From a virus (Duplodnaviria; Caudoviricetes), in the IMG/VR virus record IMGVR_UViG_3300010151_005110, positions 1-25,089 of that record: a DNA stretch of 25,089 nt; one strand, written 5' to 3'. The notes beneath the pieces were generated by a model, which saw only the letters and a list, made by a program, of their open reading frames with translations, was not told where the DNA came from and did no database searches. This document shows positions 9,368 to 17,112 of the stretch, one piece after another (within the stretch, counting starts at the first letter, position 1; each line of letters begins with the position of its first letter). The position numbers were made by a program, and so were the translations under genes.

Positions 9368-9395
9368 AACCCCTCATTTTTTGAGGGGTTTTTTT
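9368..9395 (+). terminator. Rho-independent terminator
   Basis: Perfect stem AACCCCTCA (9368-9376) / TGAGGGGTT (9382-9390), 5-nt loop, then a T tract. Confidence 0.9.
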
Positions 9396-9423
9396 ATTTT
9401 TTTTATAAGTTTTTTAAAAATAA

Positions 9424-9431
9424 GTGTATAA
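9424..9431 (+). promoter_or_regulatory. Candidate late promoter motif GTGTATAA
   Basis: Variant of the motif just downstream of the terminator, starting 26 nt before ATG 9450, where transcription would need to restart. Confidence 0.5.
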
Positions 9432-9449
9432 ACTTTTAGGCAGCTTAAT

Positions 9450-10049
9450 ATGTCTTCGTATAAAAAAATGCAAGGGCTAGAATTAGACTACTGTTCTGGA
9501 AGCCAATCTGGAATTGAAACCCTTTCTGTCGGTTCAGAAGAAAGGGAGTCAGAGGCTATCGAATTCTCCTCCAAGGTCATAGAGATCCTCGAGGGTAAAA
9601 CCGAAAAACACAACCTAGAAAACGAGAGACTAGTAACCCTTAATCAACTCAAACATGTTTTTAAGAGAGGGTCCGAGGAAGGGGCACCTGAACCTTGCGT
9701 AACAACATCTAAGGCTGTCTGGGCTTTAGCTAGAGTTAATATGTTTTTAAATATGATGAAGGAAGAGGGAGTGAAGCCTACTAAAAATGAAGAAGCTTTA
9801 GTAAAAGAAAATCTGAACGAACTCATAATGGAAGACTACAGCTATTCATGCGCGAGCATAGGCTCTTCTCAACTAGACATTTCAGATAACTTTTATCCGA
9901 GCGAAGAAGATATACTTAAAGCAGAACACGAAAGCAAGGAGTATAAATTCAATGATTACAATTTCACAAATGTAGAAGATTTATATCTAGAGACAGAAGA
10001 AGAGTTAAGGGCAAGTTCGTCTAATTGGCTCGACAATATGATTAATTAA
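9450..10049 (+). CDS. Hypothetical protein with DUF5824-like motif
   Basis: LKHVFKRG...WALARVNMFL recalls the VYxRG...WAxARVxxF signature I associate with viral DUF5824 proteins (from memory). Acidic flanks. Confidence 0.5.
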   Translation: MSSYKKMQGLELDYCSGSQSGIETLSVGSEERESEAIEFSSKVIEILEGKTEKHNLENERLVTLNQLKHVFKRGSEEGAPEPCVTTSKAVWALARVNMFLNMMKEEGVKPTKNEEALVKENLNELIMEDYSYSCASIGSSQLDISDNFYPSEEDILKAEHESKEYKFNDYNFTNVEDLYLETEEELRASSSNWLDNMIN

Positions 10050-10058
10050 TATAATAAA

Positions 10059-10340
10059 ATGAAATTTCCAAACTCAAAAGGGCAAACTCCCGCAAACCAA
10101 ACAGCCAGCAAAACAGGGTCAGGCGAAGTGATAACAGCTGTAACAGGCGACACTATCGTAATAACTGACATACTCGCTTCTGCTGCAACAACCATAAGCA
10201 CATTAACGGGGGGAAGCGGAACTGTTCTAGCTTACATGCCCGCTGGTGCAAGCAATTTTACCTCTGGTCTTCCTGTAGCTACTAGTGCAGGCGTTTTTAG
10301 CTCAGCCGGAAATGTTACTATAAATTATTATGTCAAGTAA
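10059..10340 (+). CDS. Small hypothetical beta-rich structural protein
   Basis: 93 aa, T/A/S/G-rich, abuts both neighbours, ends VTINYYVK. Confidence 0.55.
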   Translation: MKFPNSKGQTPANQTASKTGSGEVITAVTGDTIVITDILASAATTISTLTGGSGTVLAYMPAGASNFTSGLPVATSAGVFSSAGNVTINYYVK

Positions 10341-10341
10341 A

Positions 10342-11823
10342 ATGAAATATACTACAATTTTTAGTTCTAATGTAAAGCCTATAGTCTCTGAGGAAAGAGA
10401 CAAGTATTTAGCCTTGGCTTCCGCTATCGAGGTTGCTCAATTTGTGCCAGAAATAGACACAGAAAAGCAAGTTGATTTATTGCCAATAGCTTTTAATGCT
10501 TTTGTTGCTAACAGGGTAAACAGGAATGGTGATGTTGTTGACACAGATACAGCTTTAGCTTTTTATAAAGATTTTAAAAATAAACCTATTAATATCGAAC
10601 ACAATAGAGATAAGGTTATTGGAACTATTTTAACTGCTGGTTTTTCTGAATTCGGAACAGATAAGCCCATAACGGAGGAAGAAGCAAAAGAGCTTGAAGG
10701 TCCCTTTAATGTGACATTAGGGGGAGTTATTTGGAGAATCGTAAACGAAAGAGTAGCTGGCCTGATAGAGGATTCAGCTGATCCTAGCAGCGAAGACTAT
10801 ATGAAAATCAGCGCGAGCTGGGAGTTAGGTTTCGCTGACTATAACTTAGTTCTCCTAGATGGAAGCGATAAAAACATCGAAAACGGAACTATTATAGATA
10901 GTGAAGTAGAGATTAAAGCCTTAGAAGATAACCTAAAAGCCCTAGGGGGAGAAGGTAAAACTAAGGATGGGAAGTTCGTCTATAGGCAGGTAATCGGAGA
11001 GGTCGTGCCACTAGGTATTGGCCTGACAGAAAGCCCTGCTGCAGATGTTAAAGGCATATCTACTACGGATACCGCCGAGAAACTACCAGAAAAAGAAAAG
11101 AAAAACAATTTTGCTGAGGTCGATAAAACTTCACAAATACAAGATAATAATGTAATAATCCAAAACGAGGAAAAAATTATGAAAATAGAAAGTATCAAAG
11201 ACATCACTAACGAGTCATTGAAGGAGCTTTCTGCCTCGGCTGTTTCTGACTATATAGAATCGGAACTCAAGGAAGCATCCGAGAGATTCTCAGCCGAAAA
11301 AAGTAAGGTGGAAGCAAGTCTCAAAGATGCACAGGAGAAGATCGAATCTGTCAATGCAGAGCACGATAGAATCAAAGCTGAACTAGAGTCTGTTACAGAG
11401 AAGTTGAGCGGCCTTGAAGCTGATGAAGCAAAGAGACAAGCTGAGGAGCTATTTAATCAAAGAATGGCCTCCTTGGACGAATCTTTTGTTTTAGAAGATA
11501 ACGACCGACAAGTCCTCGCTGAGCAGGTGAAATCTCTTGACGAAGAAGGATGGGAGTCTTTCTCGAAGAGAATGAATGTTTTGCTTAGAGACAAGTCAAG
11601 AGAAGTCTTGGCTAAGAAAGAGGAAGAGCAGAAGAGTGCAGAGACAGAGGAGAAACCCGTTGAAGAGTCCAAAGCTTCTGATGACGACGTTGTAGAAAAC
11701 GCCATCGACAGAGGAGAAGAGGACAGCGAGGTAGTTCCTGCGTCAACTCAGGCTTCTGAAGACTCCACTTATGATAAATACAAAAGCGCTTTTAGCGTAG
11801 AACAATTTGATATTAAATATTAA
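10342..11823 (+). CDS. Prohead maturation serine protease fused to a C-terminal scaffold
   Basis: NRNGDVV, KPINIEH (candidate His), ISASWE (candidate Ser) and GIGLTESPAA match HK97/clan SH protease patterns. The C-terminal ~210 aa are an acidic coiled coil. ATG 10342 follows the upstream stop; 10330 is an alternative start. Confidence 0.8.
   Translation: MKYTTIFSSNVKPIVSEERDKYLALASAIEVAQFVPEIDTEKQVDLLPIAFNAFVANRVNRNGDVVDTDTALAFYKDFKNKPINIEHNRDKVIGTILTAGFSEFGTDKPITEEEAKELEGPFNVTLGGVIWRIVNERVAGLIEDSADPSSEDYMKISASWELGFADYNLVLLDGSDKNIENGTIIDSEVEIKALEDNLKALGGEGKTKDGKFVYRQVIGEVVPLGIGLTESPAADVKGISTTDTAEKLPEKEKKNNFAEVDKTSQIQDNNVIIQNEEKIMKIESIKDITNESLKELSASAVSDYIESELKEASERFSAEKSKVEASLKDAQEKIESVNAEHDRIKAELESVTEKLSGLEADEAKRQAEELFNQRMASLDESFVLEDNDRQVLAEQVKSLDEEGWESFSKRMNVLLRDKSREVLAKKEEEQKSAETEEKPVEESKASDDDVVENAIDRGEEDSEVVPASTQASEDSTYDKYKSAFSVEQFDIKY
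11179..11823 (+). CDS. Probable nested in-frame scaffolding protein (MKIESIKDI...)
   Basis: In-frame ATG at 11179 preceded by GAGG (11167-11170) and ATGTAATA (11150-11157), at the protease/coiled-coil boundary. Confidence 0.55.
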   Translation: MKIESIKDITNESLKELSASAVSDYIESELKEASERFSAEKSKVEASLKDAQEKIESVNAEHDRIKAELESVTEKLSGLEADEAKRQAEELFNQRMASLDESFVLEDNDRQVLAEQVKSLDEEGWESFSKRMNVLLRDKSREVLAKKEEEQKSAETEEKPVEESKASDDDVVENAIDRGEEDSEVVPASTQASEDSTYDKYKSAFSVEQFDIKY

Positions 11824-11850
11824 TATACAAAAATTAGGAGATAAAAAATT

Positions 11851-12495
11851 ATGGCAACGTTTGTAAAAAACACACAACGGCTGAAGCCTTTCAGGCAACA
11901 CGCCGAGACGGACGTAGTGAACCTTTTTAGTCTAAAAGATGACGACGGAGATGTCGTAGCCTCTTATGCAGCCCTTAAAGCCGATGGCGGTAAGGTCAAT
12001 AAGGGTCTATTAGTTTCTGTTAAATCTAATGGCTGGAAGAACACTGACGACACCGTTAATGTTACGGGCATCGGGCTTCCCGGTGCTGCATACGCGAATA
12101 CGACTTCGTTTCGCTACGGCGCAGCTGCTAATGTGGAGCCTTGTGCTTCGGGTGCATCACCTCTCGGTATGACCATTTGGGACGTCGCAGAAGTCGACGA
12201 AAATGGCGAGAAGTTGATCTATCACCCGCGCAAGGCTGCAGAGATGCAGGCTGTGGTAAGCGGTCAGGCAGTTCCTGTCTTGACCAAGGGTATCGTCCTC
12301 TATAGTGGAAACCTTACTAGCGGTGGCGCTAATTCGGTTACTGCTGGAGCTAAAGTTTATGCTGATGCATTGCGTCAGGGTGATCTGAGTTCCTCTGCTA
12401 CTGAGAGCACCGGTGGTGCAGCTCAGACGCAGGTTGGAACAGCCTTAGGTTCTGTGGATGCGAACGGTTTCATTCTTTTGAAGATTGACCTCTAA
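11851..12495 (+). CDS. Putative capsid cement/decoration protein
   Basis: Between scaffold and major capsid gene, AGGAG RBS, Gly/Ala/Val-rich. GQAVPVLTKG...VGTALG...ILLKIDL resembles beta-tulip cement proteins. Confidence 0.6.
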   Translation: MATFVKNTQRLKPFRQHAETDVVNLFSLKDDDGDVVASYAALKADGGKVNKGLLVSVKSNGWKNTDDTVNVTGIGLPGAAYANTTSFRYGAAANVEPCASGASPLGMTIWDVAEVDENGEKLIYHPRKAAEMQAVVSGQAVPVLTKGIVLYSGNLTSGGANSVTAGAKVYADALRQGDLSSSATESTGGAAQTQVGTALGSVDANGFILLKIDL

Positions 12496-12520
12496 GATTT
12501 AGGAAAGGAGATTTAATAAA

Positions 12521-13690
12521 ATGAGACTTAAATTGAAAAATACCCCAGAACAGGTTGAACTCATCAAATCGATGGGTTCGAAAAATCAGCTTGTTGCACG
12601 TGAAGCCTCTGAGGCATTTGCGGCTTTTCTAGGCCCTGTGGTCCAGAAGGTTTTGCAGCAGGCCGCTACGGCAGGTGCTATTTATACCGATGCTCCGTTC
12701 AATCAGGACGAGAGCGCAAGCTATCCTCTCGACTTGTACTATAACGAAACCAATGATGGTTACGTTAGCGTATGGTCACAGAATGTTGCTGGTGGTCTTC
12801 CGACCTCACAGGACGTCTCTGCGATTCAAGAGTTGAAGATCGCTACTTATCGTTTAGATACAGCTGTTTCGATCACCAAAAAGTACGCAAGACAAGGCAG
12901 GCTGGATGTTGTCAGCAAGCTTATCGAGCGTATGGCTCAGGAAGTGCTCCTCAAGCAGGAAAGAAATGCTTGGGCAGTGGCTCTCTTCGCTTTGGCTAAA
13001 GCGAGCACAAGTCATGTTACTGCCGCCTCTGTTGGCGTTGATAGTTTGACTACTGGTTCGCATGTTATTCCGGCGTATAACACCGGCGTATTCCAGCTTG
13101 CTGACCTCAACAAGTTGATGACTCTCAATAAGAGAATCAATCAATCTTGGGCGGGTGGTACTGCTGATGCCCCTTATAGCTCAGGTATTACTGACTTGTA
13201 TGTCAGCCCTGAGATCAAGGAGCAGATCCGTGCATTTGCTTATCAGCCAATGAATACAAGACAGTCCGATTCAGGGACAAGCTCTATTCCATTGCCGGAT
13301 AGCATTCGTACTGATGTGTTTAATCAGGCAGGTATGCAGGAGATCTACGGCGTGAATATCGTTGAACTTAACGAGTTCGGAACTGGACAGAAATACAACA
13401 CCTTGTTTGATAGTTTTGACGGTGGCAACATTGCTCCTCATGCTAGCACAGCTAACACGGCGATTGCGTTTTCTGGTACTAGCCTTCATGAGATCGCTGT
13501 TGGTGTTGATAATAGTAAGGGCGCATTTGTCCGTGCTATTGCTCAGGATGATGCGGCTGCTGGCGCTACCTTCACTACGGTTCCAGATGATCAGTTCACT
13601 CAGAGAAATGAGAGAATTGGTTTCTATGGTTCTTTGGAAGAGGGAAGAGTCTGTATCGATGCTCGTGCAATTGTTGGTTTGGCGGTCTAA
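12521..13690 (+). CDS. Major capsid protein (HK97 fold)
   Basis: 389 aa, strong RBS AGGAAAGGAG, canonical position after protease/scaffold, spine-helix-like LDVVSKLIERMAQEVLLKQE, DLYVSPE, EIYGVNIVEL, IGFYGSLEEGRVCIDARAIVGL, followed by a terminator. Confidence 0.85.
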   Translation: MRLKLKNTPEQVELIKSMGSKNQLVAREASEAFAAFLGPVVQKVLQQAATAGAIYTDAPFNQDESASYPLDLYYNETNDGYVSVWSQNVAGGLPTSQDVSAIQELKIATYRLDTAVSITKKYARQGRLDVVSKLIERMAQEVLLKQERNAWAVALFALAKASTSHVTAASVGVDSLTTGSHVIPAYNTGVFQLADLNKLMTLNKRINQSWAGGTADAPYSSGITDLYVSPEIKEQIRAFAYQPMNTRQSDSGTSSIPLPDSIRTDVFNQAGMQEIYGVNIVELNEFGTGQKYNTLFDSFDGGNIAPHASTANTAIAFSGTSLHEIAVGVDNSKGAFVRAIAQDDAAAGATFTTVPDDQFTQRNERIGFYGSLEEGRVCIDARAIVGLAV

Positions 13691-13720
13691 TAGACAAGAA
13701 AACTAACTGCAATCTTAACA

Positions 13721-13749
13721 AAGTCCCCTTTTCGGAGGGGGCTTTTTTT
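13721..13749 (+). terminator. Rho-independent terminator with UUCG tetraloop
   Basis: AAGTCCCCTT-TTCG-GAGGGGGCTT stem with two G-U pairs, followed by a T tract, right after the capsid gene. Confidence 0.9.
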
Positions 13750-13770
13750 ATTCTTTTTTTAAGGCATTTC

Positions 13771-13778
13771 GTGTAAAA
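13771..13778 (+). promoter_or_regulatory. Candidate late promoter motif GTGTAAAA
   Basis: Just downstream of the terminator, starting 35 nt before ATG 13806. GGAGAAAGGA RBS follows. Confidence 0.5.
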
Positions 13779-13805
13779 GTACTTATAACGGAGAAAGGAT
13801 AAGTT

Positions 13806-14210
13806 ATGGCAGTAAAAAGGAAAACAACTTCAAAAAGTAAGAAAAGGTCTAAGGCTAAGGCTACCAAGCCAAAGAGAGAAAAAATGATTCAGACTCACGC
13901 GATGGAGGAGAAAGAATCTTTCGAAAAAACGACTTTGGATCAGGTTTGGGGGGACGAAGGGTACTCCAAGTACGGGACTCTAGACGAAGAGGAATACACC
14001 TCTTCGATTCGAGGGTTAAATAAAACAGATCTCCACGCTCACGCTGTCAAGATCGGAATTTTACCCGTTGACAATAGGCAGCTCTTAACTTCTAGATTGA
14101 CAAGGGAGTTCAAGAAGTACGTTCTAGGCTTCAGGAAACCTAAATCTGAGCCTAAGAGAAAAACAAAAGTATCTGACGATATTAAGTCTATTCTAGCTGA
14201 AGGCAGGTAA
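13806..14210 (+). CDS. Basic protein with Rho_N/HeH-like helical motif
   Basis: Lys-rich N-terminal tail. LNKTDLHAHAVKIGI...RQLLTSRL resembles Rho-N/HeH motifs often encoded after capsid genes. Confidence 0.5.
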   Translation: MAVKRKTTSKSKKRSKAKATKPKREKMIQTHAMEEKESFEKTTLDQVWGDEGYSKYGTLDEEEYTSSIRGLNKTDLHAHAVKIGILPVDNRQLLTSRLTREFKKYVLGFRKPKSEPKRKTKVSDDIKSILAEGR

Positions 14211-14213
14211 AAG

Positions 14214-14221
14214 GTGTAATT
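14214..14221 (+). promoter_or_regulatory. Candidate late promoter motif GTGTAATT
   Basis: Fills the 19-nt gap before ATG 14230. No SD visible. Confidence 0.55.
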
Positions 14222-14229
14222 AGGTCTAT

Positions 14230-15081
14230 ATGCCTTCACGTATTGCTACAGGCCAGATAGATCTCGGCAGCTTAAAAGAATTTTTCTTACGGCCAGATGT
14301 TGATAGTATATCTGGTAGCAAACTAAACGCTACCGGTTTTTATCCTTATACAGGCAACCCTTCTGAGTTCGCTCATTCAGGTTACGTTCAGAACGTAAGT
14401 GGGGATATATCTGGCTGGGTTGAAGATTCTGTTAGCGGAGTAATAAGAGCAGATCTAGAAAAGACAGGTCTTGACTTAAGTGGCTATTCAAACTCATTAT
14501 ATACTGAGCTTAGAACTGACGTACAGGAAGTCAGCGGAGACGTAAGATACGTAAGCGGGGTCCTTTCAACGGTTTCAGCGCTAACAGATGAGCAGCAATC
14601 GGATATAGACGAGATAAGTGGTTTCTTAATAGAAACCGGGGAGAAGCTTAGCGTACTAATAACCGGTCACACCGGAGATGGCCTAAGTGGTTACGTGACG
14701 GGCGCAATATGGGACGCTAGTGGGATTCTAGACGCTAAGATAACTGCGAAGGATAACAAGCTAAGAAGTCATGTCAGCGAAGACTACTTATCTAAAAGAG
14801 AGTCCCCAGCGCAAAGTCCACAGTTTGTTTCTGGCGCAGTTGACTTCGACAAGAAAATAAACCTAAAAAGAGGACTTGAGTTAGAGAGAGTTGGGGACAG
14901 GGATGAAGTATCAACTTTCCAAAGTGGAACCAATTTATATACTTATATTAGTGGTAAAGAGATACTTAGTGAACATTATGACGTCATGTCCACATTACTA
15001 CGTTACCCACAAAGCGGAGATAATGCTCGACAAGACGTAATAGTAAGCACGTTTCAATACAGCGGAGGAATATCATCATAA
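14230..15081 (+). CDS. SG-rich putative virion fibre protein, N-terminal paralog of 4442..5575
   Basis: MPSRIATGQID...SG...GFYPY..NPSEF parallels the N-terminus of 4442..5575. About 15 SG dipeptides in an amphipathic coiled-coil-like stretch. Confidence 0.55.
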   Translation: MPSRIATGQIDLGSLKEFFLRPDVDSISGSKLNATGFYPYTGNPSEFAHSGYVQNVSGDISGWVEDSVSGVIRADLEKTGLDLSGYSNSLYTELRTDVQEVSGDVRYVSGVLSTVSALTDEQQSDIDEISGFLIETGEKLSVLITGHTGDGLSGYVTGAIWDASGILDAKITAKDNKLRSHVSEDYLSKRESPAQSPQFVSGAVDFDKKINLKRGLELERVGDRDEVSTFQSGTNLYTYISGKEILSEHYDVMSTLLRYPQSGDNARQDVIVSTFQYSGGISS

Positions 15082-17111
15082 TGTCTGCTAGCAATGGACA
15101 TATTAGGAAGAAGGTGGACGGTATTAAACTGTACACTAATGAACTCTACTACAAAAGCTACCCGGGGCAACCTACCACTAACTTGCTGCCGACAGCAGAA
15201 ACGAACTCAGATTTTTCTGTGAGACTAGGTGGCTCAACAAACGGATTTTATAGAATATACAAAGACAAAGATCCTAATTTACAAGGAATGTATAAATCTT
15301 TAGCTACGGGTCATATGTCTGAAAATGATGTGGTATATAAGTATAATTTTACTGGACCATCTAATAGATTAATGGGGATGCATACTTTTTCTGCTTCTTC
15401 TTCAAGTGGCTCTGGTCCTCATGATTCTCTTAAATTAAGAATTGGCCAAGAATACATTTTCTCATGCGAAGTATTTATCTCCAAGAGACACAGTAGAACG
15501 TCAGGTTTAGGCTCAGTAATCTCTATAAAAGCGACAGGTCAAGATGGCAAATATTATGGCTTCTACGACTTTTCTAAAACTGGAACTTGGCAAGTGGTTA
15601 CGATTCCATTTACTCCAAAGTTAGAGAGCTTAATCGTGGCTACTGCAGGCACTGCGGGCTCCTCTGGGTCTTCTGGTTCCTCTGGGACTGGGACGTCTGG
15701 TACTTCGGGAGTAAGCGGAAAAATACAAAGCACGATGCCTCATACTGCTTATTTTTGGGCACACGAAGGAACGACTAATGGAGCATCCGGAAAAGGCGAA
15801 CGTCTGAGGGGATGGGCCTTATATAAAAACCCGCAGTTAGAGAAAGGCTCGCTCAGGACTCAGTTTACTAGATTTGACAGCCCCAGAGATAACGCAGCCA
15901 GTCTAAAAGATATAAGTGGCAACAAGAATTCTTTCAGTGTATATGGGATGTCTTTTTCGGACGAAGCCTTGCCATTATACACAAAAGATAGCTACGCGAA
16001 TTTAGGTCTTAGCGCTACAAAGTCTGGATCTAGCTCAAGTCTTACGGCTGGATCGTCAAACAAAAAGACTTACGAGTTTTGGTTTAAGGCGTCCTCCTTG
16101 AGTGAGGGTATATCTACTTTATTGTATTCAGATAAGTCGGAGGGATCTAGTTTTACGAACAATAGCAATAAATCAAGAAAGCAGCATATATACATAGATA
16201 ACGGCAAAGTTTATTGTGATTTTTATAATGAGTTTGGTTTTTCTTCTACTGTTTTCACAACTGATTCCGTCATTGAAGATTCTAAAATTACCCATTTGGT
16301 TGTTTCTGTTGATATGACAAAGTCTTCTAATAAGGTTAAGTTTTTTATAAATGGAAACATACGGGATTGTAAAGCTGTTTCTAATCTTTTGCCCCCTACT
16401 AATATAAGTTTATATTCTTTTCCCAATGTTGGAAGTACGTTAGAGTTCGCCTCGTCTAGATCGACATATCTATTATCTGATGGAGGACTAGAGGTCGAAA
16501 AAGCGGTCAATCAAGGAGGTTTCAGTAAGGGCAATACGGTAAATTATAAAGTAAGTGCATATAACGAAAACGGAGAGTCTGCAGCGTCAGGGCTTAAAAA
16601 AGTTATTACAAATAAGCAAAATTCTGCTATTTCTGTTTCTTGGTCAAATATTAAAGAGGCTAAAGGTTTTTATGTATACAAATCTTTGAGTAGTATATCT
16701 GAATTTAGCGAAGGGTCTTTATTGATAAAAACAATGAACCCTTTCTATGGGGAAGATTCTACCGACTTAATCTCTTTTAAAGACGACAATTCAATAATTT
16801 TAAAAGAAGGCTCTCCTAAGTCTATATCGACTTTTTCAAAATACAAAATTAATAATACTGATTTTTTTGACGGTAGCGACCTTAAAGGGTCTATTGGGGA
16901 TTTTCCTCAACTCGATAAAACAACCACTAACACAAACTTAGAAGGGAAAATATATAAAACTGCGCTATACTCCAAAACTTTCAGTAGGAATGATGCTTTG
17001 TATTCTTACATAGAAGGTTCTAGGGATTTTGATCTAGTTAACAACGTCGCCTCTTATGAGTTTTCTGTTTCGGCTGGAGAATCCATAGGAGGATTTGGAG
17101 GAGGATATTAA
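15081..17111 (+). CDS. Multidomain virion protein: CBM-like, Gly-Ser-Thr tract, LamG-like with FN3-like insertion
   Basis: GQEYIFSCEVF...GTWQVVTIPF (CBM-like), TAGSSGSSGSSGTGTSGTSG, TYEFWFK...HLVVSVD...KFFING (LamG), YKVSAYNENGES...VSWSNIKEAKGFYVYKS (FN3-like). Confidence 0.6.
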   Translation: MSASNGHIRKKVDGIKLYTNELYYKSYPGQPTTNLLPTAETNSDFSVRLGGSTNGFYRIYKDKDPNLQGMYKSLATGHMSENDVVYKYNFTGPSNRLMGMHTFSASSSSGSGPHDSLKLRIGQEYIFSCEVFISKRHSRTSGLGSVISIKATGQDGKYYGFYDFSKTGTWQVVTIPFTPKLESLIVATAGTAGSSGSSGSSGTGTSGTSGVSGKIQSTMPHTAYFWAHEGTTNGASGKGERLRGWALYKNPQLEKGSLRTQFTRFDSPRDNAASLKDISGNKNSFSVYGMSFSDEALPLYTKDSYANLGLSATKSGSSSSLTAGSSNKKTYEFWFKASSLSEGISTLLYSDKSEGSSFTNNSNKSRKQHIYIDNGKVYCDFYNEFGFSSTVFTTDSVIEDSKITHLVVSVDMTKSSNKVKFFINGNIRDCKAVSNLLPPTNISLYSFPNVGSTLEFASSRSTYLLSDGGLEVEKAVNQGGFSKGNTVNYKVSAYNENGESAASGLKKVITNKQNSAISVSWSNIKEAKGFYVYKSLSSISEFSEGSLLIKTMNPFYGEDSTDLISFKDDNSIILKEGSPKSISTFSKYKINNTDFFDGSDLKGSIGDFPQLDKTTTNTNLEGKIYKTALYSKTFSRNDALYSYIEGSRDFDLVNNVASYEFSVSAGESIGGFGGGY

Positions 17112-17112
17112 A

